A stretch of 64,000 nucleotides of DNA from Schmidtea nova (Eukaryota), in the NCBI GenBank assembly GCA_044892505.1, contig CM097883.1, positions 278,070,001 to 278,134,000 on the forward strand, read 5' to 3'. Made by a program: the position numbers and the translations under genes. The notes beneath the pieces were generated by a model, which was not told the DNA's origin, made no database searches, and saw only the letters and a list, made by a program, of their open reading frames with translations. Positions 34,390-47,823 of this stretch are shown here, one piece after another (the stretch's first letter is position 1; the number at the start of each line of letters is the position of its first letter).

Positions 34390-35090
34390 CATGTCTTTGT
34401 TCCTGGCTCCACACTTCTACCTACTTTTAACTACTGCAAATATTGTTTCTCTCAAGTTTATTTCTTTTTGGCTAGTATTGATATACTGATTTGAAATCCT
34501 TGACAATATATCAGCATTAGCATTTGATTTTCTTGTTCGATATTTGATTTCAAAATCATGTTCTTCTAAAGCTATCGACCACCTAATCAATTTACTTGCT
34601 GCATCTCGATGTTTCATCAACCATTGTAACGTATTATGGTCCGTATAAACAATGAATTTTCGACCTACTAAATACTGTCGAAACGTTGTTATTCCATATA
34701 CTAGAGTTAGAGTTTTCTTTTTGATTGTTGAACAGTTTTTTTCATGCGGTTTCAACGATCGACTAGCATATGCGATTACATGATCTTTTCTCCTTCAACC
34801 TTTTGTCCTAATACAGCTTCCAAAGCAAAATCACTTATATCTGTCATCAAAATAAATGACATAGTAAAATCCGGGCATCGTAATATTGGATTCATCATTA
34901 ATTTTTGTTTGAGTATAACGAAAACATCCTGCTGAGCTTTGCCCCACACGAATTTGGTGGTCTTCTTTAATAGCATTGTTAATGGTTGAGCAACATGTGC
35001 AAAGTTTCTAATAAATTTTCTGTAGTAGCTTGCTTATCCGAGAAATTGTCTAATATCATCAACATTTTTCAGAGTTGGATAATCTTTGAT
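34390..35090 (-). mobile_element. Isolated gypsy RT-connection/RNase H fragment
   Basis: FVWGKAQQDVFVILKQKL, PILRCPDF, LMTDISD, KFIVYTDHNTLQWL, LIRWSIALEEHDFEIKYR, NADILSR; frameshifted. Confidence 0.85.
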
Positions 35091-35636
35091 TTTCAATTAA
35101 ATTAATTAATTAATTGTTGGGTTATTAATGTGTAGTTGGTAATATCTGACTCCTGTCTTCTCTTTCAATCGCGAAAATAAATGAAACCCAACACAATAAC
35201 TTTATATTATTTTTCAAATAAACAACAACACTTTTTATCACAGAAAGTTACTAATGCTCTGCACTCTTCCGCGTGAGGGTAGAACACCCAATGGGATACC
35301 TCCCTCTCTGGCACGCAAGAAGAGAAAATTCAACTTCTACCTTTGGTTTTTCTACACGCTTCCTCCAAATAGCTTCTAGTTGTTTGAAAAATTCTGTTTA
35401 CTCTTGAAATTTATCTTCGACCACTTTGGCCTCGAAAAATTAGCTTTGACCAACTGGCGCGTGATGAAATTTTGACTTGCCTTTTATAGTAATTTTTCGA
35501 TTGTTTCTGTCACACCTTAATGGATCTGTCAATTACAAAATTAATTTGGAGTTGCCGCTAAGTGGATTTGCGGCTTCTTTCCCAGGGACACCCTTCAATT
35601 TTCCATTAACTTTAATTAATCGATTTGCTGATGCCC

Positions 35637-35714
35637 CGGGTTTCCCATATCGCTCGGGTTTCCCACATCGCTCGGGTTTCCTACTAGCTCGGGTTTCCCA
35701 TTAGCTCGGGTTTC
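35637..35714. repeat. About 4.5 tandem copies of a 17-18 bp unit (CGGGTTTCCCAYATCGCT-like) within a possible LTR-like segment (~35115-35900)
   Basis: Repeat read directly; the LTR assignment is tentative. Confidence 0.75.
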
Positions 35715-35938
35715 TTATAGAGTAATTAATTATTTTAATTAATTTGTATTTTCTAAATATTTCATTCTGGGGACCCCTTTTTATTTTTTTATACCCATAT
35801 TTGAATTGGTCTCATCATTTAGCATCCTCCCATACCAGTTTCCCCTCTCAATTTTTATTTTGAATTTTTATAAATTTTTAATTAATGTTTGCACATTAAT
35901 TATTATTTTTCCAATTTTCGTATCTTTATCTATTTGCA

Positions 35939-37344
35939 CGACGCCGGCTTAGGAGCGATGCAGATATGCCAAATGCATAGGGCGGCATGATTAATGGGCG
36001 GCAAATTGACCAACATTTGTGTTATGTTTTTTAAAATTTTATTTAAATAATTAAAAAAAATATTAAATATTAAAAAATGTTGTAATTTATATTAATGATT
36101 TGACTGATTTTAATAGGAATTTGTATGCAAAATATACATAAGGCTTGATATCTGTAATATTTTGCATATCTTTAGCTGTTTCCAAGTTTTCCCTTCGATA
36201 TGGTTTGAGTTTGAGATAAAAATTTTAGGCATTCAAATAGTTTTTTGAAACTTGATTCATTTAATTCCTAATTTCAACAATATCGTTAGTGTTTCATTTT
36301 ATATTTAAATATCATATCTTTATTTTTGTTTATGTTGTGAGTATTTTTCAAACATTCGCAATAGCAATATATTTAATTATATTTTACATAATTGGTATTA
36401 ATCAACATTTGCGTTAGGTAAGTACAAATTTATATTTAATTCAAGCATTACATTTTCAGTTTTTTAATTGAATTTAGTGTAGAAAAAATAAAAAATTCTG
36501 TAATTATGGATAAGAGAAAAAAACTATCTGGTGCTGAATATCTTAAGCGAAAAGCTGAAAAAGAGTTGTCCATGAGAAAGTAAAAAGGTAGTTTGACAAA
36601 ATTTCTAAGCACTACACCTGAAGTCGAACCATCAAGAATATCTTCTGATTGTACTGTGAGTCTGAATATGGACACCGACGTAAGTAATGAAAATGGTAAT
36701 GTTAAAATTGAAAATGAGGTATATCCAATAAGTGAAACTATTACCAGTGAAAATAATAACACTGGACCAAACGAATATTCACATATCGGGAAATGGCCAG
36801 AAAATACTACACCAATAACCGATTTACTGGTTCAAATTGGACCGGTGAGAATTATAGACTATATCTTTCCTGTATCTATTGATAAAGGTGGAAATAAAAG
36901 AAAATTTTGCATCGAAAATTATTTTAGAAAACTCCCTAATGGAGAAAAATACAATCGTGATTGGTTAGTATATTCAAAATCGAAAGACGTTTTATGCCAA
37001 AAATTTAGATGAAGAGGAATTAATTGACAGGTTTGCAACTATAAAGGCTCGAAAGATTAGTTTTTAACTCAACATACTAACAGCAGTGAGTATATCTTAT
37101 GATTTGGAAATTTCTAGAAGATTAGATTACTAAATTATGATTTTCTTTTTTTATTGGTTTTATTGTTAATGGATTTAATGAATTCTTAAATATTAAATAA
37201 AAGTAATGCACTTTTAAATATTAAATAAATATATTTTTTCATACATTTTTCTCATTATTTTTTTTATTAAAAAGTTTAAAAAATAATATTGGGGCGGGAA
37301 AATTTATATATGCACAGGGCGCCACAACTGTTGAGCCGGCGCTG
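35939..37344 (+). mobile_element. Internally deleted non-autonomous hAT (ZMYM1/TTF-type)
   Basis: Perfect 8-bp TSD TATTTGCA (35931-35938, 37345-37352); imperfect 13-bp TIRs. The transposase N-terminus (RKKLSGAEY; NRDWLVYSKSKD) is joined directly to the extreme C-terminus (DEEELIDRFATIKARKISF*). Confidence 0.9.
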
Positions 37345-38149
37345 TATTTGCACATAGTTTTTGTGATTTTTAACTTTATATTTCAAGCCTGTTCAGGCAA
37401 CCCCAACATAATTAATTTAATTAATTAATTAAACAATTAAATAATTTATTGGAAAAGAGAAAAAATAAAAGAAAATAGAAATCAAAAATCTTAAAGGATT
37501 AAGAAAATAACAATAACTGAAAAGATAGAATGAAAACAATTAAAACCGAAAAAACCGCCAAATGTAACATGAAACTAAAGGAAAAAGAATAAAAATAGGA
37601 ATTTAATTAATTAATAAAATTAAATAGGAAATATTAACAAAAAGAAAAGAAATAATTAATAGGAAACAGACAATATTAAATTACATAAAAAATCGGTTTA
37701 GTTAACCAATGAAAAGCTAAATCGATTTTGATTGGCTTCTTGAGCGCAAAAATTAGTATATAAAAGGCACTTAAGTCAGTAGTAAAAATCCACGTTTTAT
37801 CAGCAACACTTAAATTGCTATCATCTTTTATTAGCAGCATATTTTCATTTACAACGCTTTTCCAACACACTCGTATTATCATCTGAACTCTATTTGTGTC
37901 ATCAGCAATTTTGATAGCGAAATTTTGGAAAATCGATGTTAGTATTTTGGTTTAGTCAATAAATATTTATGCTTATAATATGGTTTTTGATTTTGTTTTT
38001 ATTTGGTTTAAACTTATGCTTAGGAATGTTGCCTTGAGAGTCAGGACGGCATGAGTTGCCGGCCCTCAATTTAGCGCCTCGAGTGTGGGATAGATGGTGG
38101 AACTACTGAAGGGCAAGGTAGTAAAATGATAAAACGATTGGGCAGCGAA

Positions 38150-39332
38150 TGTTAGAATACTGCGGTGACAGGGGTTCTTCTATATTGTTATCTGTTACAA
38201 AATACATCGGAAATCAATTACTGGTACCAGTGACCCTTTTATGATAATTTATTATAGAGAATTTTTATCCACGTAATTACCAATACCAGTAGTTCTCTTT
38301 ATACGAAAATTAACGATGAAGGGTGATTTAGTACCATTAACATCCTAACGTTAATACTAGATTCGGTAGTTCCCATTACATAATTCGAATAATTTATTAG
38401 CGTCCGTAATTATATCATATTTTCTAAAAACTAGTAATAATAACGAACGATATCAGCAGTTTTCTGTCTGCGAATCAGTCAGAGATACCCACTCTTATCC
38501 CGATAGTCAGGGAAATTTTACAGTCATGTAAGTCAACCCATTCCAGTGTAGTGACGTAATCAGATGATAACCGGGAAAATCATGCAATGCGTCGATAGAC
38601 CCGTGAAGAGCAACAAAAGATTCCTAAAATCGGATGGATTAAATTACAGCAATTAATTGTTAAATAACTGTCTCGAAATGAATTCCCTTGTGTTGAGTAA
38701 ATATAGTTGGGATTATCACTAAGCGGAGAGATGAAATTCTCGGAAAACAGGTAAAGCGAGCAGCATCCATTAGTGAGCGGTGATGTTTTGCGGCTAACAC
38801 TAACTAGTAATTTCTGTAGGGAGGGAATGACCTTATTCAAAACACTTAGCAATTTCCACTAATGGACGATGCCGAGTCGCGTGAGTAGAAGGGAAAATCC
38901 GTCTAGATTTCGCTAATGGATTTTACATTAGTGGGAACAGGTGCAATCCATTAAGCAAATTTAGTGAGGGAAATGACATCGGGGAAAGTCTACTTAAGGT
39001 TAATTGAATTTATGGAATTTTTTTCCATTGACGAACACGGTATGATAATAACAATATTAATTCACATTTTTAAATAAAATTTAAATTTGTTTTTATGTTT
39101 CTCCCGATGATAGTAAATGTAAGTTATTGTAATTGTTAGCTTAGGGGTAAGGAAGTTATTAATTCGGAAAATTAAAACAAAATTAAATTAGCAAGTATAA
39201 CATAAATTAAAATTAAAATCTACAATAAATATTTATGTATACGTATATCACTATTTGTTAACCTAGATTACATCATGTTTCCGGTTCCAGGGAGTGAAAG
39301 CAGAGTCCACCTCAATAACCCAGAACGTTACA
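38150..39332 (-). repeat. Possible 3' or solo LTR
   Basis: Minus strand GGGGTG|TGTAACG at 39332 resembles a PPT-LTR junction. The left boundary is guessed and there is no partner copy in the window. Confidence 0.3.
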
Positions 39333-40323
39333 CACCCCAAGGTTAATGACAATCATCTAATCGTGGCTATGCCACTTAAGACCATTTCCCACGGAATTGG
39401 CCATCGAGATATCAGAGCAACATCAAGTGGCGTTCGCAAATACCGGAGCCATCCCTTCGTTTAGCCTTTTCCGGGATAGCTCCGATGAAATAATCTGGCA
39501 TTGAAGCCAGGAATGGCCTATTAACCTTGAGCGACAGTACTCAACCGCCATGCCGAAGTACTTCATCAAACCGCCCAGTGAAATTCCTGGCCGATTCAAG
39601 ATTCAATATTCAGGGACGATTCCTCAGGAGGAATTTCGGAGAATGGGGAGCTTCGTATTTAGCCCTGATCCGTCTACAGAAAACACGGACTACCTTTTCA
39701 TCCCTTCGGAAGCCTACTGACGAGAATTTTGGTCGATTTTTTAGTTTGCATGTACATGTATACGTAGTTTAATTAATTTTATTGGTTAGTGGCATTTAGT
39801 TTATGAGTGCGAAAGAGAGTAGGTTCCGCTAGTAATTAAAATTGGCATTGAGTTAGACGATAATGGGACCAAAATGTTACAAAAGTTGTGTCATGTGCTA
39901 AGGAATTTAATAGAATTAATAATCGGTCTAATTATTACAGACAAAACCAATGTTTTATAGGTGAGGAGGGAGTTAGAGCGAGAAACAGTTAATATTAAAA
40001 GGATCCAAAGACGGGAGTAAGGGTTACCCGAGATTGGTTAAATGTTACCAAAAATCGTTGTTAATTGTTATGTTAAATTGGATTAAATATTTAGTTAGGA
40101 AATGAATTCAGTTGACATGAAAAGAGAGGTTATAGGTAAACTGTAAGTATCGAATCGAGAGTAGTTCTTGTAAAGGAGCTTACCTGTCGATTCGCATTCG
40201 GCTGTCATGCACAATACCAACGTATAGGGTATTTAAGGATGCATGGGCAGTAGGTTTTTTTTATGTGTGTATTGTGACCCTAGAAAGTAAAGATACATGA
40301 GAAGAGTGATGGGAATTTGTTAA

Positions 40324-43300
40324 TTAAAATCTCAACATACCAACACCTCTTTGGAATGTCGCTGGTACATCAGTTAAACCAAATTGTAAAAAATTAAATT
40401 CATAAAAACCTTTTCCATCTGAAAACGCTCGTTTTCCTTTATCTGTCTCTTTGAATCTAAATTGATTGTAGCCTTTGTTTAAATCAATAACAGTAAAATA
40501 TTGAGCTTCTCCCATTTTGTAAAACATTTCTTGAGGAACCGTCTTTCTTCTTGACCACGACAATAGAGTAAGAAAATGGTGAAAAACTGTCTCTAATAAT
40601 ATTAAATTCTTTCATAGCTTTTATTTGTCTATCGCTTTCGTATTGATGTGCATATGGAATTCTGTATGGCCGTAATTTATTTGGAGTTTTGTCAATTATT
40701 GGAATTTCATGCTCAATTATAGGAGTTACTTCCAAATCATACTCATGTTTCGCAAAAATATCTTGATATTTTCTCAACAATTTTGTAGATTTTTCTATTT
40801 GCTCTTGCGTCAACTCTTGACTGTCAACTTGGGGTTCCTTGTATATTTTGATATTTTTTAGTAATATTTTATTATCGATTTTTAAGATTTTTGTTAGCTT
40901 TCCCAATTTCGTTTTTGGTTTTAATGACACTTCTTTGTCGTTATTATTAGTGATATAAACCGTAATAAACTGATTTTGAACTTTCACTATTTCGTAGCAC
41001 ATTGGAGTATCTTATTTTTCAATCAATTTGTCACTTGGTTGAAATATAAACTCATCATCTCGAACTCCCATTGTATTCACATAACAAATAACTTCCTCTA
41101 AGGTGGAACTCTTAACGTTTGATTTAGAAACACGTCTCCCGTTTCATGAATGACTTTTACCGTTTTTCCTACTAATAGATTTCCAGTTTTCAAATCAATA
41201 GAGATTCCTTCCAATTGCTCCAACGCATCCATTCCTACCAAACACATTACTGGGCTATCTTTCCTTATTAGAGCATCATGGACATTTTCTTTATTTCCAA
41301 TATTAAATTTTACTCTGATCTGTTCAATGATATTTTACTTGTTTTTTGTCATTGCTCGTACTACTTCTTCTGCACTTTTCATCCGTGCTCTTTCCCATGA
41401 ATTTAATAATTTATCTGATAATATTGTATAGCTTGAGCCTGAAACTTGTAATGCTTTGACTCTATGTTTATTTACTTGTATCCATGTTCTTTGCTGTCTT
41501 CCTTTATTTCCAATTGTCATTAACGCATAGTTCCCTGGTAATCACAGCATGTTTCTCTTTTCAATTTCTGCACTAGTTGTTGCGATTTGCTCATTTGCTA
41601 ATTCAATGTTTTCAATTGGTCTCATTACCTTTAACTTCTCTACTGGATAGATTGGTGCTGTTGGCAGAAAAGTCTTTGGAATGCATAATCGACTGAAAGT
41701 GTTTGTTCCACTCGCTTGTGGTATTGATTGCAATAGATCTAGAATTTTCCCGCACATCATTTAATTTAATTTTTACTCTTTTTATAATAATATATTGGAG
41801 GTACTTTTACTTTATCTCCATTCCCCTTTTCGCTGTCCGAACTCGAATCAATGTCTTTTCCATTTTTATTGAATCGTAATTTTCCATAATACTTTGCCTA
41901 TAGTGGAATAAATAGTCTTTTTTATTACTAAAATAACTAGTAAATTTAATATCCGTAGTATGTATTTTGACTTGAGTTTCTTCAAGTCTTTTTTTGGATA
42001 CATAGATTCCTTTGTAATTAGTCTCATAAACTGTTTGACTCCACTTATTCACTATTTGTTTTTGAATAAATCTCAAACTATTGTCTAATAATGTTGACAT
42101 CAGTACGACTGCAGTTTTCTTTGTTCTCAATGGAGTAATTCTAGGTGTCATATCTGGTTTTGCCTCCCCATTCAGATTATCCGGCCTTTCTCTCAACTGC
42201 TTATCAATCATTTCATTAAAACTCATTGTTTTTAAATGTATCAGATTACATAGGTTTGTCTTGACTTCATACGCCATAATTAATTCTCCCGTTTGACAGC
42301 TAGCCTGCTTCATATTACAGAATGGGTGCGTTTGTAACTTGCCTGTATCATCATCAAAGGCTCCTTGGAATTCTCTCAATTCCGTCAAATACTCTTCCAT
42401 CACCACAAACTTATCAATAATTTCTCCATTTATTTTGTATGGTTCTCCTTTACAATCACCATTAGCTCTTATCGTCCCTTTTTCGATAATTGTTTCTCGT
42501 GTCGTATGATTTAATTTAGCCTTCAATTTAACCTCGGGTCTTATTTTCAATTCCCCCTTTTGTAACACAGCCATACAATTTTCTGGGTTTATATTAACTG
42601 ACCTCGGGATTGAATACATCTTAATTAATGATATATGACTCCATTTACCGCAATAAAATACAAAACTCGTTCTTTTAACAATGTACTCTCTTACCATTGC
42701 ATGTTTAAAGCCTGATTCTTGTAATACGTGATACTTTGCATCATTTTCTACTGTTAGACTCATCAATACATTCTGTCATGTCCCCATCTTCCCCATTTTG
42801 GTTTGAGAACAGTCATTTGCGATTAGATAGGTTGTTTGCGTCGTAATTGCACATAATATTATGATCATAAACACTATACATGGAAGTTTCATGGGTTTGC
42901 TTCTCAGTAACCCTCTATAACTTTCTCTTCTTTCAACTAATGGTTCAGTGTTTTGTTTAACTAATTTCTCCCAGCCTCCATTCTTCTTTATCCAAGTATC
43001 CACATGTTTATACAATAGTTTGCTAGCCTTTTTAATAATTTAGTCTCGTTTTTACATCTCTCAGTAATTGTATGTTCAGATTACAAACAAAATATAGCTC
43101 ATAATTATCAATACTATATCTTTGTCCATTTCTCTTGACATCATATCGGTTATCACACTCTCATCACAGAACTCCATATTTTCTTTTGCGTATCTCAATA
43201 CAACACAAAGTCTCTTTTTTAATTTTTTTGCAATTTTTCTCACGTATAGTTCTGCTTGTATTTTCTCTGCTGATTTACCATACACTTCATTAACTAGAGC

Positions 43301-46300
43301 ACGTACAACTTTCTCAATTTCTTCTTAGTCATTCTGATCTCTCTCCTCCTAGAGTGTCTGTATTATTCCACATCTCATTTCGTATAAACCTTTGCGTTGT
43401 TTTTCTTCCGTAGTATTAGCAATCACCATTTTTGTCATATATGCCTTCAGTTTTTGTTACTTTTTCATCAATATTCTGCTCAGTTTCATGTTCTACTTCA
43501 TCTTCTCTCATTTCTTGTTCCTCTTGCATTTCATCATCATTATCCATTATCTTAGCTCCAAAATCCGGAAATTCAATTTTAAAACCTTTTTTCTACTCTT
43601 TCTGACTTCACTTGCTTTACTGCAATTATATCATTAATAAAATTTTGTAGAGGCTCTTGATCCGTAAAGAATTCATCTCCATCAAGCTTTCGTGGAACAC
43701 AGCGATAATCAAATAAATATTCATCATCATCTAATTCAAAACCTTTATACGTTAACACATTTATTCTATCATTACCCATAATTTATGCTGCCCTTCGTCA
43801 TATTTTGCTTACTTTCGTACACCAATGTTTGTCTGTATATTCTACTCCTCGATCATTTATCTTTAAAAATAATACAAATAGCTCTATAAAAATTCCTTCT
43901 CTAAATTCTTGTTCAAATTTTCGAATAAGAGTTTTTATTGTTTTACTATATTCGTTTTCCGAATTCACATAGGGTCTAACAGAGTCTAGAATTTTTAATT
44001 TGTCTTCCTTTTTTGAGTTCTAAATTCAAAATATTATTTAATTTATTATTAATGTCATCTGTACTTTCTTTAAACAATGCTTCGATTAATTCAAATCTGG
44101 TTCTGTCAAAATCATTTGTTACTGTCTTCTCATTGGCGATCATACTCATTAATTGCATTTCATTTTCAGCACCATGAATTAGTCCACAATCTACCAAATA
44201 TTCGTCGTCTTCCAGCACTCGACCCATAAATCCAAGTTTCACTGCCCAACTTTCACACTTGTGCATTACCTCTCTCTTTAGTTCATGCACTCTCTCGTAT
44301 GCTTCGATTTTATAGTTGGAGTTTGTAACATTTAAAGGATTCATTTGGATAAATATATGATCTAACAATTTATTTTCCGTTAGGATTGGCCAAATATTTC
44401 CATATGGTTTTTAAATATATCTCGTTTATCCATGCTCGCTTTATGAAATTCTGCACAAAGTTTAATAACGGTTTTATTTTTTGTCAGACTCAAAGGTATT
44501 TTAGTTAGCTTTGTTAACAATTCTGAGAATTTCTGAGAATTTATGCTTGGTTCTGCAACTAACTTTCTGATCTTGGCAATAATTACAATACTCCTTTCAC
44601 TTTGCATGTCAGCTTTAACCTTATTACTTGAAACTTTATCTGATTCTGATTCGCCTTCACTCAACTCTTGCCCCGTCATCATGTCGGTGTCTGCTTCCTC
44701 ATCTGATTCAAATTTTGCTATCAGTTTATTCAGTTTTTGATTCAATTGTTTAACATTGCTCTCGATCTTTTCTTTGAAGCTATCTTTCTGAACATAAGTT
44801 ACATTATTATTTGATGAGTTTTTGTCCTGAAATCTTATTGTTCGCTTTAGAATTGGCCTTTGAAATTTATTAGCATTCCTGGGACCGGATCTTGCAATGT
44901 GTCCATAATTTCTACACAAATGGCATTGAATTTGTCCGTTCAAATTTGTATTGTCTCGCTGTGGCGATGGTAAAGTTGATAGTGATCTTGATCTTGAAAA
45001 ACAATTTCTGGAAACATGTTCTTTCTTACCACAGAGATAACATTGCACCTAATCAAAATTTGATTTAACATCAGGAACTACTTTCCGAAAATTTGTTTCC
45101 ATATCATTTTTAAGCCAATCTTGGGTTATTCTCCTTGGTATACTCTCAGAATTATTTTTAAACCAACACTGATTTTCATAATGGCCAATCATCTTGCAAT
45201 TTTTACACTGAATAACTCTAGATCTCTCAGCGCCTTGAAGATTACGGCTTGATCTATTTATATTGACCTCGATTTTCCATTTGGGTGATGGGCTTTTTGA
45301 TCGTTGGAATTTATTTTCTGGCTCTCAATTGTTTTGGGTTGGTGTGATTGATCTTTCACTTTGAGCTGGAAAAATCGCGAATACATCAGATTAGTTTTTA
45401 GTGCTCTTTAAATTTAATTCAATTATCATTGTTTTTTAACTAATTCATCAAAATTATCATAATCTATGCAGCATAATGCCATTTTTATCTCCTTATATTT
45501 ATTCCTGACAAAAATTGGTCTTGGATTAGCTCTTGCATTTGTTGGGCTAGACCTAGTTGTTTCGAATTTTCTTCAAATGATTTGCTTGCGAGGGTCGATA
45601 AATGATAAGCAAATTCGCTCAGTTTCATTCGGATTTTAAACTCTGCTATAAAACCTTTGGCGCATTAATATTTTGATCTCCTCCAATATATTTTGTAGCT
45701 AAAGCGTATTTTAATTTTGCCCAATCATTACCGATTAATTTTTTATCAATCTGTTGCCAAACCTCTCTAGCTGCTCCTTTAAGATATAACGATAATCTCT
45801 GAATCATAATCACTTGAGAACACCCGTACGCCGTTGCATACATGAAGTAATCGCTCATAAAATCAACAAAAATAGCCGGATCTCCTCCATTTATTGTTCA
45901 ACGGATAATCTTTGACAATTGGCAAAATCATTATTTTCTTAAACAACTGAAACTGGCAAATCTTCACTACTCATTATGGGTTGCTTTCTACTTTTGCTTC
46001 AAAAATTATACTGACTCACTTTAATAATTTATTTTCTCATATTACACAAAATCTATATTTCAAAATTATTACTACAATCAATAATTTACCTTGTCACAAT
46101 TTCGTTGAATAATCTTTTCCTTTATCACAATTTATTTTCACTCCTTTTTCAATTAATTTTTATTCATTAATCCTCCAACAACTTTGATTACGTCGGGCTC
46201 ACCAAATATTTTGGGTTATAGGGTTGTTGGTGAAATGTAAATGTTACCAATCAAATATTTGACTCCAAAGCGTGCATTATTTGTTCGACAAAATAACAAT

Positions 46301-47552
46301 TCTAAGACAATATAAACCTTTATTGATTATCACAGTTACACGAATTATAATAGCACGATCGATTCAACACTCAAATAGGCAATTATACAGAGCTTATTGC
46401 AACACTTCGTGAGGAATAGATCCAAGCGTATAATAACCAAATACTCTAACAATTACTAGCCAATGATCGACTCAACAATTGGGTAAATTGCTTTCAATTG
46501 CCTTTGCGCTTTGACTTGACTTTATCAACTACACTCTAACTCTTTTATTCAATCAAAATTTCTTTATTCTGTCCAATTAAAATTAACTCGATCTCGGTTC
46601 TCCGCAATACAAATTTAATTCTTCAATCGTTTTCCAATTATCGCACAACTTTCTAATTCAAATTTTAGTTACCACTTCGCTCTCCCTACTTTTCGTCCCC
46701 AACTTTGCTTCTCCACTTTGCATCTGATTTAGTTCAGATGACTTTTACTTTTATAATTCGCCATCGTCCGGTACTCCTGATACTTAGCCTTTCCCACTAC
46801 TGTCTCTGGCATTTTCCATTTCCTTTTTTCAATTCCAATGTTAGCCCTGACCGCTCGGCACTCGGGATAATTTATTTTTTCCATTTCTGCTTCTGGTATT
46901 TCCCATACTTTTTTATAGTTCCCATGTTATCTTTGAAAGCTGTCAAGATACCGATTTTGTTTTCCAATTTCTGAATTCCTTTCTGTTTTCTTGCACTTAT
47001 TAATTAAAAGTGACCTTTCTCCGCTTTGTTGTTGAGTTTCTTTTCTTTTATTATTCCTTCCTCATTTTTTACTTTTTTGCTTTCCTTTTTTTCTTATCCG
47101 AACTTCAGGATGACATCTCAATTACCATATCGGTTTCCCCCAAGTTATTCAAATTGTCTATTATATTATTTGTTATTTAGGTATCCTCGACAATATGTTA
47201 ATTTTTTCTAATTTCTAATTTTATTTTCTAATTGCTTTTTTATGTCATGTTTGTTTTTAGTGCGTATACTTAATGCGCTTTTGTTAATTTTAATTTTTAA
47301 ACGTGTTTTATTTAATTATTTCTGTGTTTTATGATTACTATGTTTTACTTGCTCTTTTAGCTCATAGGATTTTAAATTTACTTCTAGCGCGCTCTCTACG
47401 TGCTGTGTTACCGCTTCATTTAAACAAATCTCAGTTTTTGCACAACAGTATTAATGGACATAGTAGTGAGGTCATTGTCAGGAGTGACGAAGGTTTAAAG
47501 ATTATAATAACCTTAGTAACGTAGAATTTAACAACCCACCTATACACTAACA
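40324..47552 (-). mobile_element. Second, decayed env-type gypsy element: Gag(3 CCHC)-Ubl-Ubl-Bcl-2-like-signal-Env(partial)-PR(mutated)-RT(partial)
   Basis: RLSLYLKGAAREVW; knuckles at ~44890-45215; GFMGRVLEDDEYLVDCGL and YKGFELDDDEYLFDY; WIKKNGGWE (42968-42994); LPCIVFMIIILCAITTQT; env 41807-42830 homologous to element 1; VKALQVSGSSYT; FTVIDLNKGYNQ. Many frameshifts. The LTR (46207-47552) is tentative. Confidence 0.88.
46187..46204 (-). other. Primer-binding site, tRNA-Trp-like
   Basis: TGGTGAGCCCGACGTAAT, 16/18 to the complement of the animal tRNA-Trp 3' end as I recall it (TGGTGACCCCGACGTGAT). Confidence 0.75.
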
Positions 47553-47823
47553 GTTCAATTGACTTGAGAGTTTGCCATTAAACCGTCACAAACAATAATA
47601 TCTACATTACATGGATATTTTAATAATCATATTTTTAGTTATTTATTTTTTTATATTTTTAATGTGTAATTACTATGGTGAAATTAAATTATAAAGTTAT
47701 TAAATATTAAATAATGTCAAATATATTAATTTTTACAATTTACATATTTCATGAATTAAACGGGATAACATTATGTTGTTTAAATAGACTATTCTAAATA
47801 TTTCCCAAACATATTTAGATAAA

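Noticed and set aside
38150-47552. 38150-39332 and 46207-47552 as the paired LTRs of element 2
   Set aside because: I could see no sequence similarity between them, and pol is cut off at ~40324, so they were not joined into one element.
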